A stretch of DNA of 64,000 bases from Atribacterota bacterium (lineage in GTDB: Bacteria > Atribacterota > Phoenicimicrobiia > Phoenicimicrobiales > Stramentimicrobiaceae). The translations under genes were made by a program, and so were the position numbers. This document shows positions 11,118 through 21,657 of this stretch, piece by piece. The DNA is taken from positions 768,001-832,000 of the forward strand of contig JAXGNR010000004.1 in assembly GCA_040767965.1 (NCBI GenBank). The letters run 5' to 3'. Every line of letters begins with the position of its first letter. The first letter of the stretch is position 1. The notes under the pieces were generated by a model. That model worked only from the letters and a program-made list of their open reading frames with translations. It had not been told where the DNA came from and made no database searches.

Positions 11118-11864
11118 TTATAATACCTCCTCAGGTTTTTTAAAATCTCCTAACGGGTAATATGGTATCATTTTTTCATCAAGCCATTGGTTAGCCTCTT
11201 TTGGGCTCAGCCCCCAATTTGTAGGACATGTAGAAAGAACTTCTACCAACGAAAATCCTTTACCATCTATTTGGCATTGGAAAGCTTTTTTGATTGCCTT
11301 TTTAGCTTTAATTATATAAGCAGGCTTGGTTAAAGCTACTCTTGAAATATAAACAGGAGATTTCAAGGTGGATAGTAGTTCACATATCCTGATTGGCATT
11401 CCCATGGTTTTAGGATCACGGCCATAAGGTGATGTTTGAGTGATTTGTCCTTCTAATGTTGTTGGAGCCATTTGGCCACCGGTCATTCCATAAATAGCAT
11501 TATTTACAAAAATTACTGTTATTTTTTCACCCCGATTTGCAGCATGGACAATTTCAGCAGTACCAATTGAAGCTAGGTCGCCATCACCCTGATATGAGAA
11601 AACAATGTTGTCAGGTTTAGCTCTTTTTATTCCTGTTGCAACAGCTGGTGCCCTACCGTGTGCTGCAACAATCATATCGCAATCAAAAAATAAATATGCA
11701 AATACTGAACATCCAACCGGGGCAACACCAATAGTATCTTCTCTTATTTTTAATTCGTCTATTACCTCAGCAATTAATCTATGAATTATCCCGTGATGAC
11801 ATCCAGGACAATAAGTAAAAGGTATATCAGTTAATGTTTTAGGCCTTGAAAATACCTTTATCAT
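11118..11864 (-). CDS. 2-oxoacid:ferredoxin oxidoreductase beta (TPP-binding) subunit (VOR-type)
   Basis: [38 protein letters not shown]. Confidence 0.92.
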   Translation of the reverse strand: MIKVFSRPKTLTDIPFTYCPGCHHGIIHRLIAEVIDELKIREDTIGVAPVGCSVFAYLFFDCDMIVAAHGRAPAVATGIKRAKPDNIVFSYQGDGDLASIGTAEIVHAANRGEKITVIFVNNAIYGMTGGQMAPTTLEGQITQTSPYGRDPKTMGMPIRICELLSTLKSPVYISRVALTKPAYIIKAKKAIKKAFQCQIDGKGFSLVEVLSTCPTNWGLSPKEANQWLDEKMIPYYPLGDFKKPEEVL

Positions 11865-11915
11865 AAAATTTTCTCACCTCCTAATATTTTTTACTTTAAT
11901 CTATTCTTTTATTAT

Positions 11916-12971
11916 TTAATATTTAAGTATTTTTTTAATCTCTGCTAATATTTCTTTTGGTGAAATCAAAACACCTCCACTTCTACCATAAAATGTAATT
12001 TTTGTTTTACCTTCTACAGACAGTCTTACATCTTCGATCATCTGTCCCAGACTCATTTCAACTACCAGTATATTCTTCACAATCTCAGCATATTTTTTTA
12101 CAACTTTAGAAGGAAATGGGTATAGTGTGACTGGCCTTATCATTCCTATATTGATTCCTTCTTGTTTTGCTTTTTGGATAGCAGTTTTAACAACCCTGGC
12201 TACTGTCCCATATGCTACAATAATTATATCCGGATCATCCATGTTTACCAATTCGTATTCCACTTCACTTTGTATTTTTTCAAACTTATTGCCAATTCTG
12301 TTAACAATTTTTTCCATTTCATATGGATCTAAATTAAATGGAACAATCTTTCTGGGATCTCTATCTTTGCAAACACCTAAAGCCCAGTCTTTTTTAGAAG
12401 ATATTTTAGGTATCTCTTTTTTAAACTCAACTGGCTCCATCATTTGTCCTAAAAGTCCATCACCTAAAATCATTACAGGATTTCTATATTTATCTGCTAA
12501 ATCGAAGGCTTTGATTGTTAAGTCAACCATTTCTTGTACTGAAGATGGGGCCAGCACTATTAAATGATAATCACCGTGTCCTCCACCTTTAGTAGCTTGA
12601 AAATAATCTCCCTGTGCAGGCTGAATTGATCCTAACCCTGGTCCCCCTCTCATCATATTTGCAATAACACATGGCAATTCAGCACAGGCAATATAGGAAA
12701 TACCTTCTTGTTTTAGACTAATTCCCGGGCTGGACGAAGAAGTCATTACTCTTTCACCAGCAGCTGCTGTACCATAAACCATATTTATTGCAGCAATTTC
12801 ACTTTCTGCCTGGACAAAACCAGCACCTTTAATTTTAAGTAATCTTTTAGCCATATAGGCAGCTATTTCGCTTTGCGGAGTTATCGGATATCCAAAATAA
12901 AAATGGCAACCGGCATGAATAGCCGCTTCGGCAATTGCTTCATTGCCTTTCATTAATAATTTTTCTACCAT
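11916..12971 (-). CDS. vorB: 3-methyl-2-oxobutanoate (ketoisovalerate):ferredoxin oxidoreductase alpha-type subunit
   Basis: MKGNEAIAEAA, YPITPQSE, QAESEIAA, RGGPGLGSIQPAQGDY, GGHGDY. Confidence 0.88.
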   Translation of the reverse strand: MVEKLLMKGNEAIAEAAIHAGCHFYFGYPITPQSEIAAYMAKRLLKIKGAGFVQAESEIAAINMVYGTAAAGERVMTSSSSPGISLKQEGISYIACAELPCVIANMMRGGPGLGSIQPAQGDYFQATKGGGHGDYHLIVLAPSSVQEMVDLTIKAFDLADKYRNPVMILGDGLLGQMMEPVEFKKEIPKISSKKDWALGVCKDRDPRKIVPFNLDPYEMEKIVNRIGNKFEKIQSEVEYELVNMDDPDIIIVAYGTVARVVKTAIQKAKQEGINIGMIRPVTLYPFPSKVVKKYAEIVKNILVVEMSLGQMIEDVRLSVEGKTKITFYGRSGGVLISPKEILAEIKKILKY

Positions 12972-13007
12972 TTATTTTCCTCCTTTTGAGGTGTGAAACA
13001 GTAATTC

Positions 13008-13211
13008 TTATTTATAAACTTCAATTGCTACATCTGGACAAGTCATTGCACAAAAACCGCATCCGGTACATTTTTCTGGATTTATCTGTTCTGCTGGATG
13101 ATAGCTTTTTTTATTAAAGGCTTCAGACATTATTAAAATATGTTGAGGGCATATTAATGTACATAACTCACAACCCTTACATCTTTCCCGGTCAATTAAT
13201 ATTTTTGACAT
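13008..13211 (-). CDS. 2x[4Fe-4S] ferredoxin-like delta subunit
   Basis: CKGCELCTLICP and CTGCGFCAMTCP. Confidence 0.9.
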   Translation of the reverse strand: MSKILIDRERCKGCELCTLICPQHILIMSEAFNKKSYHPAEQINPEKCTGCGFCAMTCPDVAIEVYK

Positions 13212-13245
13212 AAATACCTCCTTGCCATATATTATTTAAAAATCC

Positions 13246-13938
13246 TTAATTTGTTTTGTTCCATGGTAATTCCATAAATTTTTTAATAATCAATAATTCA
13301 GTAAAATTATTATTTTTTAAGAATTGATTATCTTTAATTATTTGAAAGATGGATTGCTCAATAACTAAATAAGTAACTGGTAAATAAAGTTTTTTTGATA
13401 CTTCTTTTACCAGCTCATGACCTCTTATAATCAAATTTAAATCTGTTTTTAAACCTAAATTAGGATTACTTATCAATCTATTTACTTTTAAACGGGAAGA
13501 AATTTCAATTTCTTCTAACATTTTTTTAATTTCATTAAAACTTCCAGTAAAAGGGCGGTATGGATTTATAACCATGAACATCTGGTAATTTAAATCCTTT
13601 AAATATGGATAAAAGCTTGCTAAAGATCTGGCTCCTACATCATCCCCTCCTACATCAAGTATTAATACTCTGCCCGAATCTTGAATTATTCCTTTTATTT
13701 CTGGAGAAATTAAAGGAATATCAGCTAGAGCAAGTGTGCCTGGAGGTGCAATAACTTTGATGCCATTTTTTTTTAATATTTCTCTCATTTCTCTTGATCG
13801 AAAATAAGGATTCACAATATCTAAATCTACAATTACAGCATGATTCTTAATTTTTGCTTCTTTTAAGGAATAATTAATTGCTATTTCTGTTTTCCCACTT
13901 CCAAAACTGCCAGTGAAAATAATTATTTTATCATTCAA
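13246..13938 (-). CDS. Uncharacterised P-loop NTPase associated with the buk/vor cluster
   Basis: GSFGSGKTE Walker A, DLDIVNPYFRSRE, DVGGDDVGA; likely TTG start at 13938 overlapping the buk stop. Confidence 0.75.
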   Translation of the reverse strand: MNDKIIIFTGSFGSGKTEIAINYSLKEAKIKNHAVIVDLDIVNPYFRSREMREILKKNGIKVIAPPGTLALADIPLISPEIKGIIQDSGRVLILDVGGDDVGARSLASFYPYLKDLNYQMFMVINPYRPFTGSFNEIKKMLEEIEISSRLKVNRLISNPNLGLKTDLNLIIRGHELVKEVSKKLYLPVTYLVIEQSIFQIIKDNQFLKNNNFTELLIIKKFMELPWNKTN

Positions 13939-15026
13939 TATATTTCCCCTTTTTCCATCCCTGATAGCACTCTCAATGCGCCTTGACACAAGGAAAGCAT
14001 TTCTTCTTCTCCCGGATAGACCATAACTAATGAAATAAAACTAATTCTATCTTTTATTAATTCAATAAAGGCGTTGGAGTGAGAAATCCCACCAGTTAAG
14101 ATTATTGCATCTACATTACCTTTTAAAACAGTTGCACCCTGTCCGATTTCTTTTGCAATTTGATATGCCATTGCTTCAATTATTAATTTTGCGTTTAAAT
14201 CTCCCTGGCAAACCCTTTCCATTATATCTTTGACGTTGTTAGTGTTTAAATAAGCAACCAAACCACCCTTCCCTGTAATTAAGGACATTATCTGGCTTTT
14301 ATTATATTTACCTGAAAAACACAATTCTACTAAATCTCCTGCCGGTACAGTTCCGCTTCGTTCTGGGGAAAATGGTCCTTCTCCGCTTAAACCATTGTTA
14401 ACATCAATAACTCTCCCTTTTGAATGAATCCCAACAGATATCCCTCCTCCCATATGTACTACTATCAAATTTAATTGATAATACTTTTTCCCCAAATCTT
14501 TAGAGGCTTTACGGGCAACTGCCTTCTGATTTAAGGCATGAAATATGCTTTTTCTGGGTAACTGGGGAATACCCGATATACGAGCAATATCATCCATTTC
14601 GTCGACGGCAACCGGATCAACGATATATGCCGGAACAGAAATATTTTTAGCAATGTGATCTGCCAAAACAGCTCCTAAATTAGAGGCATGCTGGCCATAT
14701 TTTCCTTCCTTCAAGTGGATCAGCATCTTTTTATTTACCAGGTAAGTTCCACTTTCGAGGGGTCTCAACAGTCCCCCTCTGCCAACAACTGCATCAATGC
14801 AGTATTGGTCAATTTTCTGTTTCTTTAATAATCTCAATATAATCTCTAATCTAAATTCATATTGATCTATAATATATTTAAAGGAAGAAATAGATTTGCT
14901 AGAATGGAAAATAGTTTCCTGAAATAAAGATATTTCATTTTTAAAAAGTGAAACTTTTGTGGAAGTTGAGCCAGGATTAATAACTAAAATATGAAAAATA
15001 TTTTTCAGAAATATACCTCCAGACAT
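13935..15026 (-). CDS. buk: Butyrate (branched-chain carboxylate) kinase
   Basis: INPGSTSTK, GRGG, HASNLG, DPVAVDE, FHALNQKA, HMGGGIS. Confidence 0.93.
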   Translation of the reverse strand: MSGGIFLKNIFHILVINPGSTSTKVSLFKNEISLFQETIFHSSKSISSFKYIIDQYEFRLEIILRLLKKQKIDQYCIDAVVGRGGLLRPLESGTYLVNKKMLIHLKEGKYGQHASNLGAVLADHIAKNISVPAYIVDPVAVDEMDDIARISGIPQLPRKSIFHALNQKAVARKASKDLGKKYYQLNLIVVHMGGGISVGIHSKGRVIDVNNGLSGEGPFSPERSGTVPAGDLVELCFSGKYNKSQIMSLITGKGGLVAYLNTNNVKDIMERVCQGDLNAKLIIEAMAYQIAKEIGQGATVLKGNVDAIILTGGISHSNAFIELIKDRISFISLVMVYPGEEEMLSLCQGALRVLSGMEKGEIY

Positions 15027-15045
15027 TTTTACAATTCAGTTATTG

Positions 15046-15948
15046 TTAATAAATTGTCATCAATATTCCTAATGCTATTGAACGTACTTTTGCTAGCGCG
15101 GTATCAGATCGTGAAACTAATATTACCGGAGATGCTGTACCCAGCAATACCCCTGCTGGTTCTGCATCAGCTAAATAAACCAGGCTCTTTGCAAGAATAT
15201 TTCCAGATTCGATGTCGGGAACCAGGACTGCATCGATTTCTCCACTTATGCTAGAATTAATACCTTTATGCATAGCTGCCTTCCTGGATACAGCGTTATC
15301 AAATGCCAGAGGTCCATCTACTATAGCACCTGTAATCTGACCTCTTTGGGCCATTTTAGATAAGCAGGCAGCATCAATTGTTGCTTGCATATTTGGATTT
15401 ACCATTTCTAAAGCTGCCAGAGCTGCTATTTTTGGTTGCTTAATTTCTAATGATTGACAAAACTCAATAACATTTTGCATAATCTGTGCTTTTTGTTCTA
15501 ATGTTGGAGCAATGTTCATGGCAGCATCGGTAATAGTAAGAAGTTTGTTATATTTTTTTAAACTTAAAGTATAAGCATGACTTAGTAATCTTTTTGTTCT
15601 TAAACCAATTTCCTTGCTTAAAACTGCTTTTAAAATTTGAGCTGTTCCCAGCATTCCTTTCATTAATAATTCTGCCTGTTTTTCTCTGACTAATTTTACC
15701 GCAGTATTGGCCGCATCAGAATCATTCGCTGTATCAATTACTTCATATTTTAAAAGATCAATATTCAATTTTCTGCCTATATTAATAATTTTTTCTTTAT
15801 CTCCAACTAAAATAGAATTAATCATACCTTTTTGTCTGGCTTGTTCTAAGGCAAACATTACATCTATAGAATCCGGTTTTGCTACAGCAATGGTTTTAGG
15901 TCCTAACTGGCAGGCTCTTTCAACAATTTCATCATATGTTTTTAACAT
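15046..15948 (-). CDS. ptb: Phosphate butyryltransferase
   Basis: LMKG, TDAAMNIAP, DGPLAFDNA, PDIESGN, SRSD. Confidence 0.9.
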   Translation of the reverse strand: MLKTYDEIVERACQLGPKTIAVAKPDSIDVMFALEQARQKGMINSILVGDKEKIINIGRKLNIDLLKYEVIDTANDSDAANTAVKLVREKQAELLMKGMLGTAQILKAVLSKEIGLRTKRLLSHAYTLSLKKYNKLLTITDAAMNIAPTLEQKAQIMQNVIEFCQSLEIKQPKIAALAALEMVNPNMQATIDAACLSKMAQRGQITGAIVDGPLAFDNAVSRKAAMHKGINSSISGEIDAVLVPDIESGNILAKSLVYLADAEPAGVLLGTASPVILVSRSDTALAKVRSIALGILMTIY

Positions 15949-15979
15949 TGATATCTCCTAATCCATGTAATATATATAA

Positions 15980-17080
15980 TTAGTTCTGATACTCTTTTGC
16001 ATTTTCCTCACCTGTTAAAACCCTGATAGCACCTTGGGCTAAGGCTATCATCTCCTGACTGCCAGGATATACAATAATCGGGGCAATGAATTCTACCCTT
16101 TCTTTTATCCAATTAACAAATGTTTTTCCCATGGCACCTTTATCACCTGCCCCATTTCCTGTAACAACTATATAATCAACTTTTCCTTTAAGAACTGTAG
16201 CCATTTCACCAATATTTTTAGCAATCTGATAAGCCATTGCCTGATATATTAATTCAGCTTTTTTATCTCCTTCAGCAATGGCTTTTTCAACTTCTAATGT
16301 ATTGTTTGTGCCAAGATATGCTACCAATCCACCATTGCCCATGATTTTTTTCTGCATTTCATTTAAAGTGTATTTACCTGAGTAGCACATGTCAATTATC
16401 GGTTTTACCGGGAGAGTGCCAGTACGTTCTGGCGAGAAGGGACCTTCACTGCTGGCATTGTTTACATCAATCATTTTTCCCTGTCTATGAGCGCTAACAG
16501 TAATTCCTCCGCCCAAATGCACCACAATTAGATTCAAGAAATTATATGGTTTACCAACTTCTTTAGCAAGCCTTTTAGCTGCAGCTTTTACACTAAGAGC
16601 ATGTGATAAACTTTCTCTTTCAATTTCTGGCAAGCCAGAAATTCTTGCAACGGGATCTAGTTCGTCAACTGCTACCGGATCAACAATAAAGGATGGAACA
16701 TTAATCTTTTGTGCTAAGTCATAAGCTATTATTGCGCCTAAATTAGAAGCATGTTCTAAACGAGGTGTTCCGCTTAACTCATCCAGCATTATTTTATTAA
16801 TTTTATAAGTGCCGCTCTTGATTGGTTTAAGTATGCCGCCCCTGCCGACAATGGCACTAAAAAAATCCAAATCGATGCCCTCATTTTTTAAAATATGAAT
16901 GATAACGTTCTCTCTAAATTGATTTTGATCAATAACTTTTTTATATTTTTTTAATTCATCAGCACTATGTCGAACTATTTTATATAATAATTCTTTTTCA
17001 TTTTCATAAACCGCTATTGCGGTTGATGTAGAACCAGGATTAATGACTAATACGTTATAACTAATCTTTTTATCATTCAA
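15980..17080 (-). CDS. buk: Butyrate kinase paralog
   Basis: INPGSTST, GRGG, HASNLG, HLGGG; GAGGTG RBS before TTG at 17080; the ORF track extension overlaps the sigma54 promoter. Confidence 0.9.
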   Translation of the reverse strand: MNDKKISYNVLVINPGSTSTAIAVYENEKELLYKIVRHSADELKKYKKVIDQNQFRENVIIHILKNEGIDLDFFSAIVGRGGILKPIKSGTYKINKIMLDELSGTPRLEHASNLGAIIAYDLAQKINVPSFIVDPVAVDELDPVARISGLPEIERESLSHALSVKAAAKRLAKEVGKPYNFLNLIVVHLGGGITVSAHRQGKMIDVNNASSEGPFSPERTGTLPVKPIIDMCYSGKYTLNEMQKKIMGNGGLVAYLGTNNTLEVEKAIAEGDKKAELIYQAMAYQIAKNIGEMATVLKGKVDYIVVTGNGAGDKGAMGKTFVNWIKERVEFIAPIIVYPGSQEMIALAQGAIRVLTGEENAKEYQN

Positions 17081-17124
17081 AATATCCACCTCAAATACAT
17101 TATAAGCTTTTAATATATATTTAA

Positions 17125-17140
17125 AGCAAATCACATGCCA
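17125..17140 (-). promoter_or_regulatory. Sigma54 (-24/-12) promoter of the buk-ptb-buk-vor operon
   Basis: Minus strand TGGCATGTGATTTGCT = GG-N10-GC consensus; next to a sigma54 activator gene. Confidence 0.85.
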
Positions 17141-17329
17141 TAGCATATCAATACCTAAAATAAATTAAATATATTTAAATATATTTAAAAGTATTTATAC
17201 TTAAATAATCAATAAATCTAATGGATAAAAGTATGTTAAAAAAATATTTGAAATAATTTTCGTAAATATTAATTTGAAAGAAAGGTTTGTTGGTTGGCTT
17301 TATCTTGGTATTCGATTTTGAATATTCAA

Positions 17330-17362
17330 GCATAAATATGCATATTTATGCAATAAATTGCA
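17330..17362. promoter_or_regulatory. Probable upstream activator sites for the sigma54 activator
   Basis: Perfect 22-bp palindrome GCATAAATATGCATATTTATGC overlapping TGCAATAAATTGCA (TGCA-N6-TGCA), about 200 bp upstream of the sigma54 promoter. Confidence 0.65.
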
Positions 17363-17456
17363 TTGAATGCACTATATTTTATAAAAATACAAAAACAAGT
17401 TCATTTTCTTTTATTCAAAAAACATGTTTTTCTTATTTTTATTTTCGTCAGATAGT

Positions 17457-18926
17457 TTATTCTGATTGGAAATTGTATATTTTTTTAATCTCATATTTTT
17501 GCATTTTATAGTACAAAGTTCTTATGCTTATACCTAAATAAGGTGCGCTTCTTTGACAATCTCCATTAAATTTTTGCAATGCCTTTAGAATAGCATCTTT
17601 TTCTGCTTCTATTTTTAAAGAATTTAAATCTTTTTTTTCTTCTGGATAAATGTATTTTACTTTTTTTTGCAGCTCGCATTTATCTACTGTACAAATACTG
17701 CCCTCAATCAGGCTGATAAACTGGGGTATATGATTTGAATTTAGTATTTCTTCAGTGATTTTCATATTAATAATAGCTCTCTCGATAACATTTTCCAACT
17801 CTCTTATATTGCCCGGCCAGGAATAATTTAATAAATATTCAATAACTTCTGAGCTAGCATTTTTAATATTACGTCCAAATTCCTGATTGCATTTTCTGAT
17901 GATATTTTTAACTAAGAGGCCTAAATCTTCTTTTCTATCTCTTAATGGTGGAATAAATATTGGTATTACATATAGTCTATAATAGAGATCATCCCGAAAT
18001 TTTCCTCTTTTTACAGCTTCTTCCAAATTTATGTTAGTGGCAGAAATTATACGTACGTCAACATTTACTGGTTCATTTCCTCCAACTCTCAATATTTCTT
18101 TTTCTTGCAGGACTCTTAGCAATTTTGCCTGTAAATTCATACTCATCATCCCAATTTCATCTAAAAATATTGTACCCCGATCGGCTTCTTCAAAAAGTCC
18201 TTTTTTGCCTTTCTTATTAGCTCCGGTAAAAGCACCGCTTTCATAACCAAAAAGTTCACTTTCCAGAAGGCTTTCCGTCAATGCAGAACAATTTACCCGT
18301 ATAAATTGTTTTTCTCTTCTATTGCTGTGATTATGGATTGCATGTGCGAATAATTCCTTACCTGTGCCACTTTCGCCATACAACAAAACAGTAGCAGGCG
18401 TCATTGCTGCTTTAATTGCCTGCTCTTTAGCTATAATCATTGGTCTACTTTTTCCTATAATATCATCGAAAGTATATTTAGCTTCCAGATGGCGTACCCG
18501 TTTTCTAACATTATTTAGTTCATCAGTTAAACTTCTAATTTCTGATAAATCATGTATTACTGCCACACTGCCCTTCAATTCCCCATCTACAATCACCGGG
18601 GCAACATTTACTAAAACATCTTTTTTATTAGGGCCAACCTTCATTTTAACCCCATGAACAGACTCTTTAGTTTTTAAAACCTTTAGATGCATGCTCTCTC
18701 CTTCAGCTATATCTATGCTGGAAGATTTTCCTAATACATCTTGATCAGTTAATCCAATTAACCTGGTATAAGCCTCATTAACTATAGTATGGATACCTTT
18801 TTCATCAACAACTGATATAGCATCATCGGTAGAATTAATGATTGCTTTTAGAGTACTTAATGTTTCCTTCTGTATTTTTATTACCTGAAGAAGCTCTTTT
18901 TTTATTTTTTCTCCTTCATTTTTCAT
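17457..18926 (-). CDS. PAS-AAA+-HTH sigma54-dependent activator (BkdR-like)
   Basis: PAS domain, GESGTGKE, ESELFGYESGAFTGA, FLDEIG, WPGNIREL, C-terminal HTH. Confidence 0.92.
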   Translation of the reverse strand: MKNEGEKIKKELLQVIKIQKETLSTLKAIINSTDDAISVVDEKGIHTIVNEAYTRLIGLTDQDVLGKSSSIDIAEGESMHLKVLKTKESVHGVKMKVGPNKKDVLVNVAPVIVDGELKGSVAVIHDLSEIRSLTDELNNVRKRVRHLEAKYTFDDIIGKSRPMIIAKEQAIKAAMTPATVLLYGESGTGKELFAHAIHNHSNRREKQFIRVNCSALTESLLESELFGYESGAFTGANKKGKKGLFEEADRGTIFLDEIGMMSMNLQAKLLRVLQEKEILRVGGNEPVNVDVRIISATNINLEEAVKRGKFRDDLYYRLYVIPIFIPPLRDRKEDLGLLVKNIIRKCNQEFGRNIKNASSEVIEYLLNYSWPGNIRELENVIERAIINMKITEEILNSNHIPQFISLIEGSICTVDKCELQKKVKYIYPEEKKDLNSLKIEAEKDAILKALQKFNGDCQRSAPYLGISIRTLYYKMQKYEIKKIYNFQSE

Positions 18927-20655
18927 CTTTGAGGAAATCCTTTCCATAGAGCATTTCCCGTGCGTGTTCCAAACTTATAAAACCATATTGTTCCCCATCA
19001 ATCATCCTGGCAATTTCTTCAAGCTGTTCTTTCCCTTTCAAAATTTTTAATTGTATATTAGTTTTAGTTTTGTCTATATATTTATTTATATATAGATGCC
19101 TGTTTGCTCTACAAGCGATTTGAGGTAAATGAGTCACAGTGATTATTTGATGATTTCTTGATATTTTTTTTAATTTAGTAGCAATTATCTCTCCTAATCG
19201 AGCCCCAACACCGCTGTCAATTTCATCAAAAATCATTGTTGGAACCTCATCCACTTTACCTAAAATTGATTTTAGACCTAACATTATTCTAGAAGCTTCT
19301 CCCCCAGAAACTATTTCTGCAAGGGGCTTTTTCTGTTCTCCAACGTTTGTCGCAATAAAAAATTCTACCTGATCAATCCCATTAGAATTAATTTTGATTA
19401 ATTTGTTGTTAATGTTTATTCCATTAGAATCTTCCTGTTGATTTATTTTGATGTCAAAAGAGCAGTTTTTCATGTTCAATTCATTTAATTCTTTTATAAT
19501 ATCATTTGCTAATTTTTCAGCAATTATTTTTCTTTGCTCGCTTAAGTAAAGAGATAATATTGTCAAGTTTTTTTCATCCTCTTTTATTTCATTTTTTAAA
19601 ACTTCCATCTTCTTTTGATTATCTTCAATATTATCTAATTGATTTTGCAAAAAATCTCTTTTTTCTAAGATTTCTTTTATATCTGAACCATATTTCTTTT
19701 TCAGATGATTTATTAAATCAATTCTATTTTCAAATTCCTGTAATTGTTGAGCATCAAAATCAAGCTTTTCTTTATACTCAATTACCTTGTCTGCAATATC
19801 TTCAATTTTAAATTGAACTTCCAATAGATCGTTTTTAATATTTGCAATTTCAATATCCAATCTTGTGATAATGTTAAAGTTATTAATTAAACGAACAATT
19901 GTATCCCTTACAGAAGCTTCTCCTTCCTCATTTCCTTCGTATAGAGCAAGATAAGCCATTTCCATGATTTCTTTTATTTTAACCGTATTATGAATAATAT
20001 TAATTTTATTTTCTAATTCCTCATCTTCTTTCTCTATCAGTTTTGCATCATCAATTTCCTGTAATTGAAATAACAAAAAATCTTTTTTAGATAAATTTTC
20101 TGCTCTATTTTTTGAAAGATTGTTTAGTAAAAATTTTTTTGCCTTCCACTGTGAATAGCATTTAAATAATTCATTTTTTTTCTGGAAAAATATTGACCCT
20201 CCAAGATTATCAATAAATTCTATGTGACTGCTTGCGCTAAGCAGTGATTGGTGACTGTGCTGACCATGTAAATCAATTAGATAGTTTCCAATTTCCTGTA
20301 ATGTCGATAAAGAAGTTAAATGATCATTAATCCAGCATTTATTTTTTTTCTTTCGATTTATCTGCCTTCTTATTATTATTTGATCATCGGTTATAATTTC
20401 CTTATATTTCTGTAATAATTTGGTTTGTTTTTTTAAAATTATTCCTATATTAAATAAGGCTTCTATTTCCAGATAGTCCTTATTGCTTTTTATTAAATTG
20501 CTATTAGCTGGGCTTCCTAAAATAACATTTATTGCTTCAATTATAATTGATTTACCAGCACCTGTTTCCCCAGTAATTACATTTAATCCATCATCAAACT
20601 CGATATTTAATTCTTCAATTAAAGCAAAGTTTTTTATTTTAAGACAAAAAAGCAT
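18916..20655 (-). CDS. recN: DNA repair protein RecN
   Basis: NFALIE, TGETGAGKS, HGQH, SGGEASR, FDEIDSG, THLPQ; follows nadK. Confidence 0.95.
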   Translation of the reverse strand: MLFCLKIKNFALIEELNIEFDDGLNVITGETGAGKSIIIEAINVILGSPANSNLIKSNKDYLEIEALFNIGIILKKQTKLLQKYKEIITDDQIIIRRQINRKKKNKCWINDHLTSLSTLQEIGNYLIDLHGQHSHQSLLSASSHIEFIDNLGGSIFFQKKNELFKCYSQWKAKKFLLNNLSKNRAENLSKKDFLLFQLQEIDDAKLIEKEDEELENKINIIHNTVKIKEIMEMAYLALYEGNEEGEASVRDTIVRLINNFNIITRLDIEIANIKNDLLEVQFKIEDIADKVIEYKEKLDFDAQQLQEFENRIDLINHLKKKYGSDIKEILEKRDFLQNQLDNIEDNQKKMEVLKNEIKEDEKNLTILSLYLSEQRKIIAEKLANDIIKELNELNMKNCSFDIKINQQEDSNGININNKLIKINSNGIDQVEFFIATNVGEQKKPLAEIVSGGEASRIMLGLKSILGKVDEVPTMIFDEIDSGVGARLGEIIATKLKKISRNHQIITVTHLPQIACRANRHLYINKYIDKTKTNIQLKILKGKEQLEEIARMIDGEQYGFISLEHAREMLYGKDFLKDEK

Positions 20656-20692
20656 TTTTCTTCCTGCCAACATTTTTTATTTAAAATAGATT

Positions 20693-21565
20693 TTAAGAAA
20701 TAACCCTTCCGCTCCATTTAAGCTTTTTTCTTAAGGTGCTATAAAAGGTCTTCTCGCTAAAAGTTACTAATTGTGTTTTTTTCTTGGATTTTTTTATAAT
20801 GATAAGATCATTTTCTTCTAATTCAAAAGCTTCCTGGCCATCAACTGTTAACATAACATCCTTACCTTTGGATTTTACTATTATTTTTATGATATCATTA
20901 TGATGGATAACCAAAGTTCTTGCTGAAAGAGTATGAGGGCAAATAGGTGTAATTATCATGTTTTTAATAACAGGATAAATTATTGGGCCCCCTGCTGATA
21001 AGGAATATGCTGTGGAGCCAGTTGGAGTGGAAACAATAAGACCATCTGCATCATAATGAATTACATATTCATCATTAATGTATGTTTCTAGACGAATTAG
21101 TCTTGCGACCAATTTTTTTGCGGCAACAATATCATTTAAACAGTAAAACTGATTAATTTTTTTATTATTCCTAACTATAATCCCTGTCAACATCATCCGG
21201 TCTTCAGTTTTATATTTACCATTTAAAATAAGATTAATATATTCAGGGATCTCATGGACCCCAATTTGGGTTAAAAAGCCAAGTCCGCCCAGATTAACTC
21301 CGCAAACAGGTATATTATTATTAGTAACCAGTCTTGCAGCTCTTAGTAGCGTCCCATCTCCTCCTAAAGAAAATATCATATCTATATCTTTAAAAGGCAT
21401 TGCTAGAATATTAATATCAAAAGAAGCAATGAGTTTATCCTTTATTTTTTTATTCACAAAAACCTGAATATTCTTTTTTACCAGTTCTTCAATTATCTGG
21501 TTAGTTACATTTAAATTGCTATCTTTTTCATCATTAACTACTAATCCTACCTTTTTGATTGCCAT
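20693..21565 (-). CDS. nadK: NAD(+) kinase
   Basis: LGGDGT, GLGFL, DGLIVSTPTGSTAYSLSAGGP. Confidence 0.95.
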   Translation of the reverse strand: MAIKKVGLVVNDEKDSNLNVTNQIIEELVKKNIQVFVNKKIKDKLIASFDINILAMPFKDIDMIFSLGGDGTLLRAARLVTNNNIPVCGVNLGGLGFLTQIGVHEIPEYINLILNGKYKTEDRMMLTGIIVRNNKKINQFYCLNDIVAAKKLVARLIRLETYINDEYVIHYDADGLIVSTPTGSTAYSLSAGGPIIYPVIKNMIITPICPHTLSARTLVIHHNDIIKIIVKSKGKDVMLTVDGQEAFELEENDLIIIKKSKKKTQLVTFSEKTFYSTLRKKLKWSGRVIS

Positions 21566-21657
21566 CTTTTCTCCTATTTAGATATTTGCTAAAAAATTAA
21601 TGCAGCCACCATTTATTTAATATAGATATATTTTGCACAGATTATTTAATGTTTAGT

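Noticed and set aside
17081-17146. Extended N-terminus of buk (MLWHVICF...)
   Set aside because: Overlaps the sigma54 promoter; the RBS supports the TTG start at 17080.
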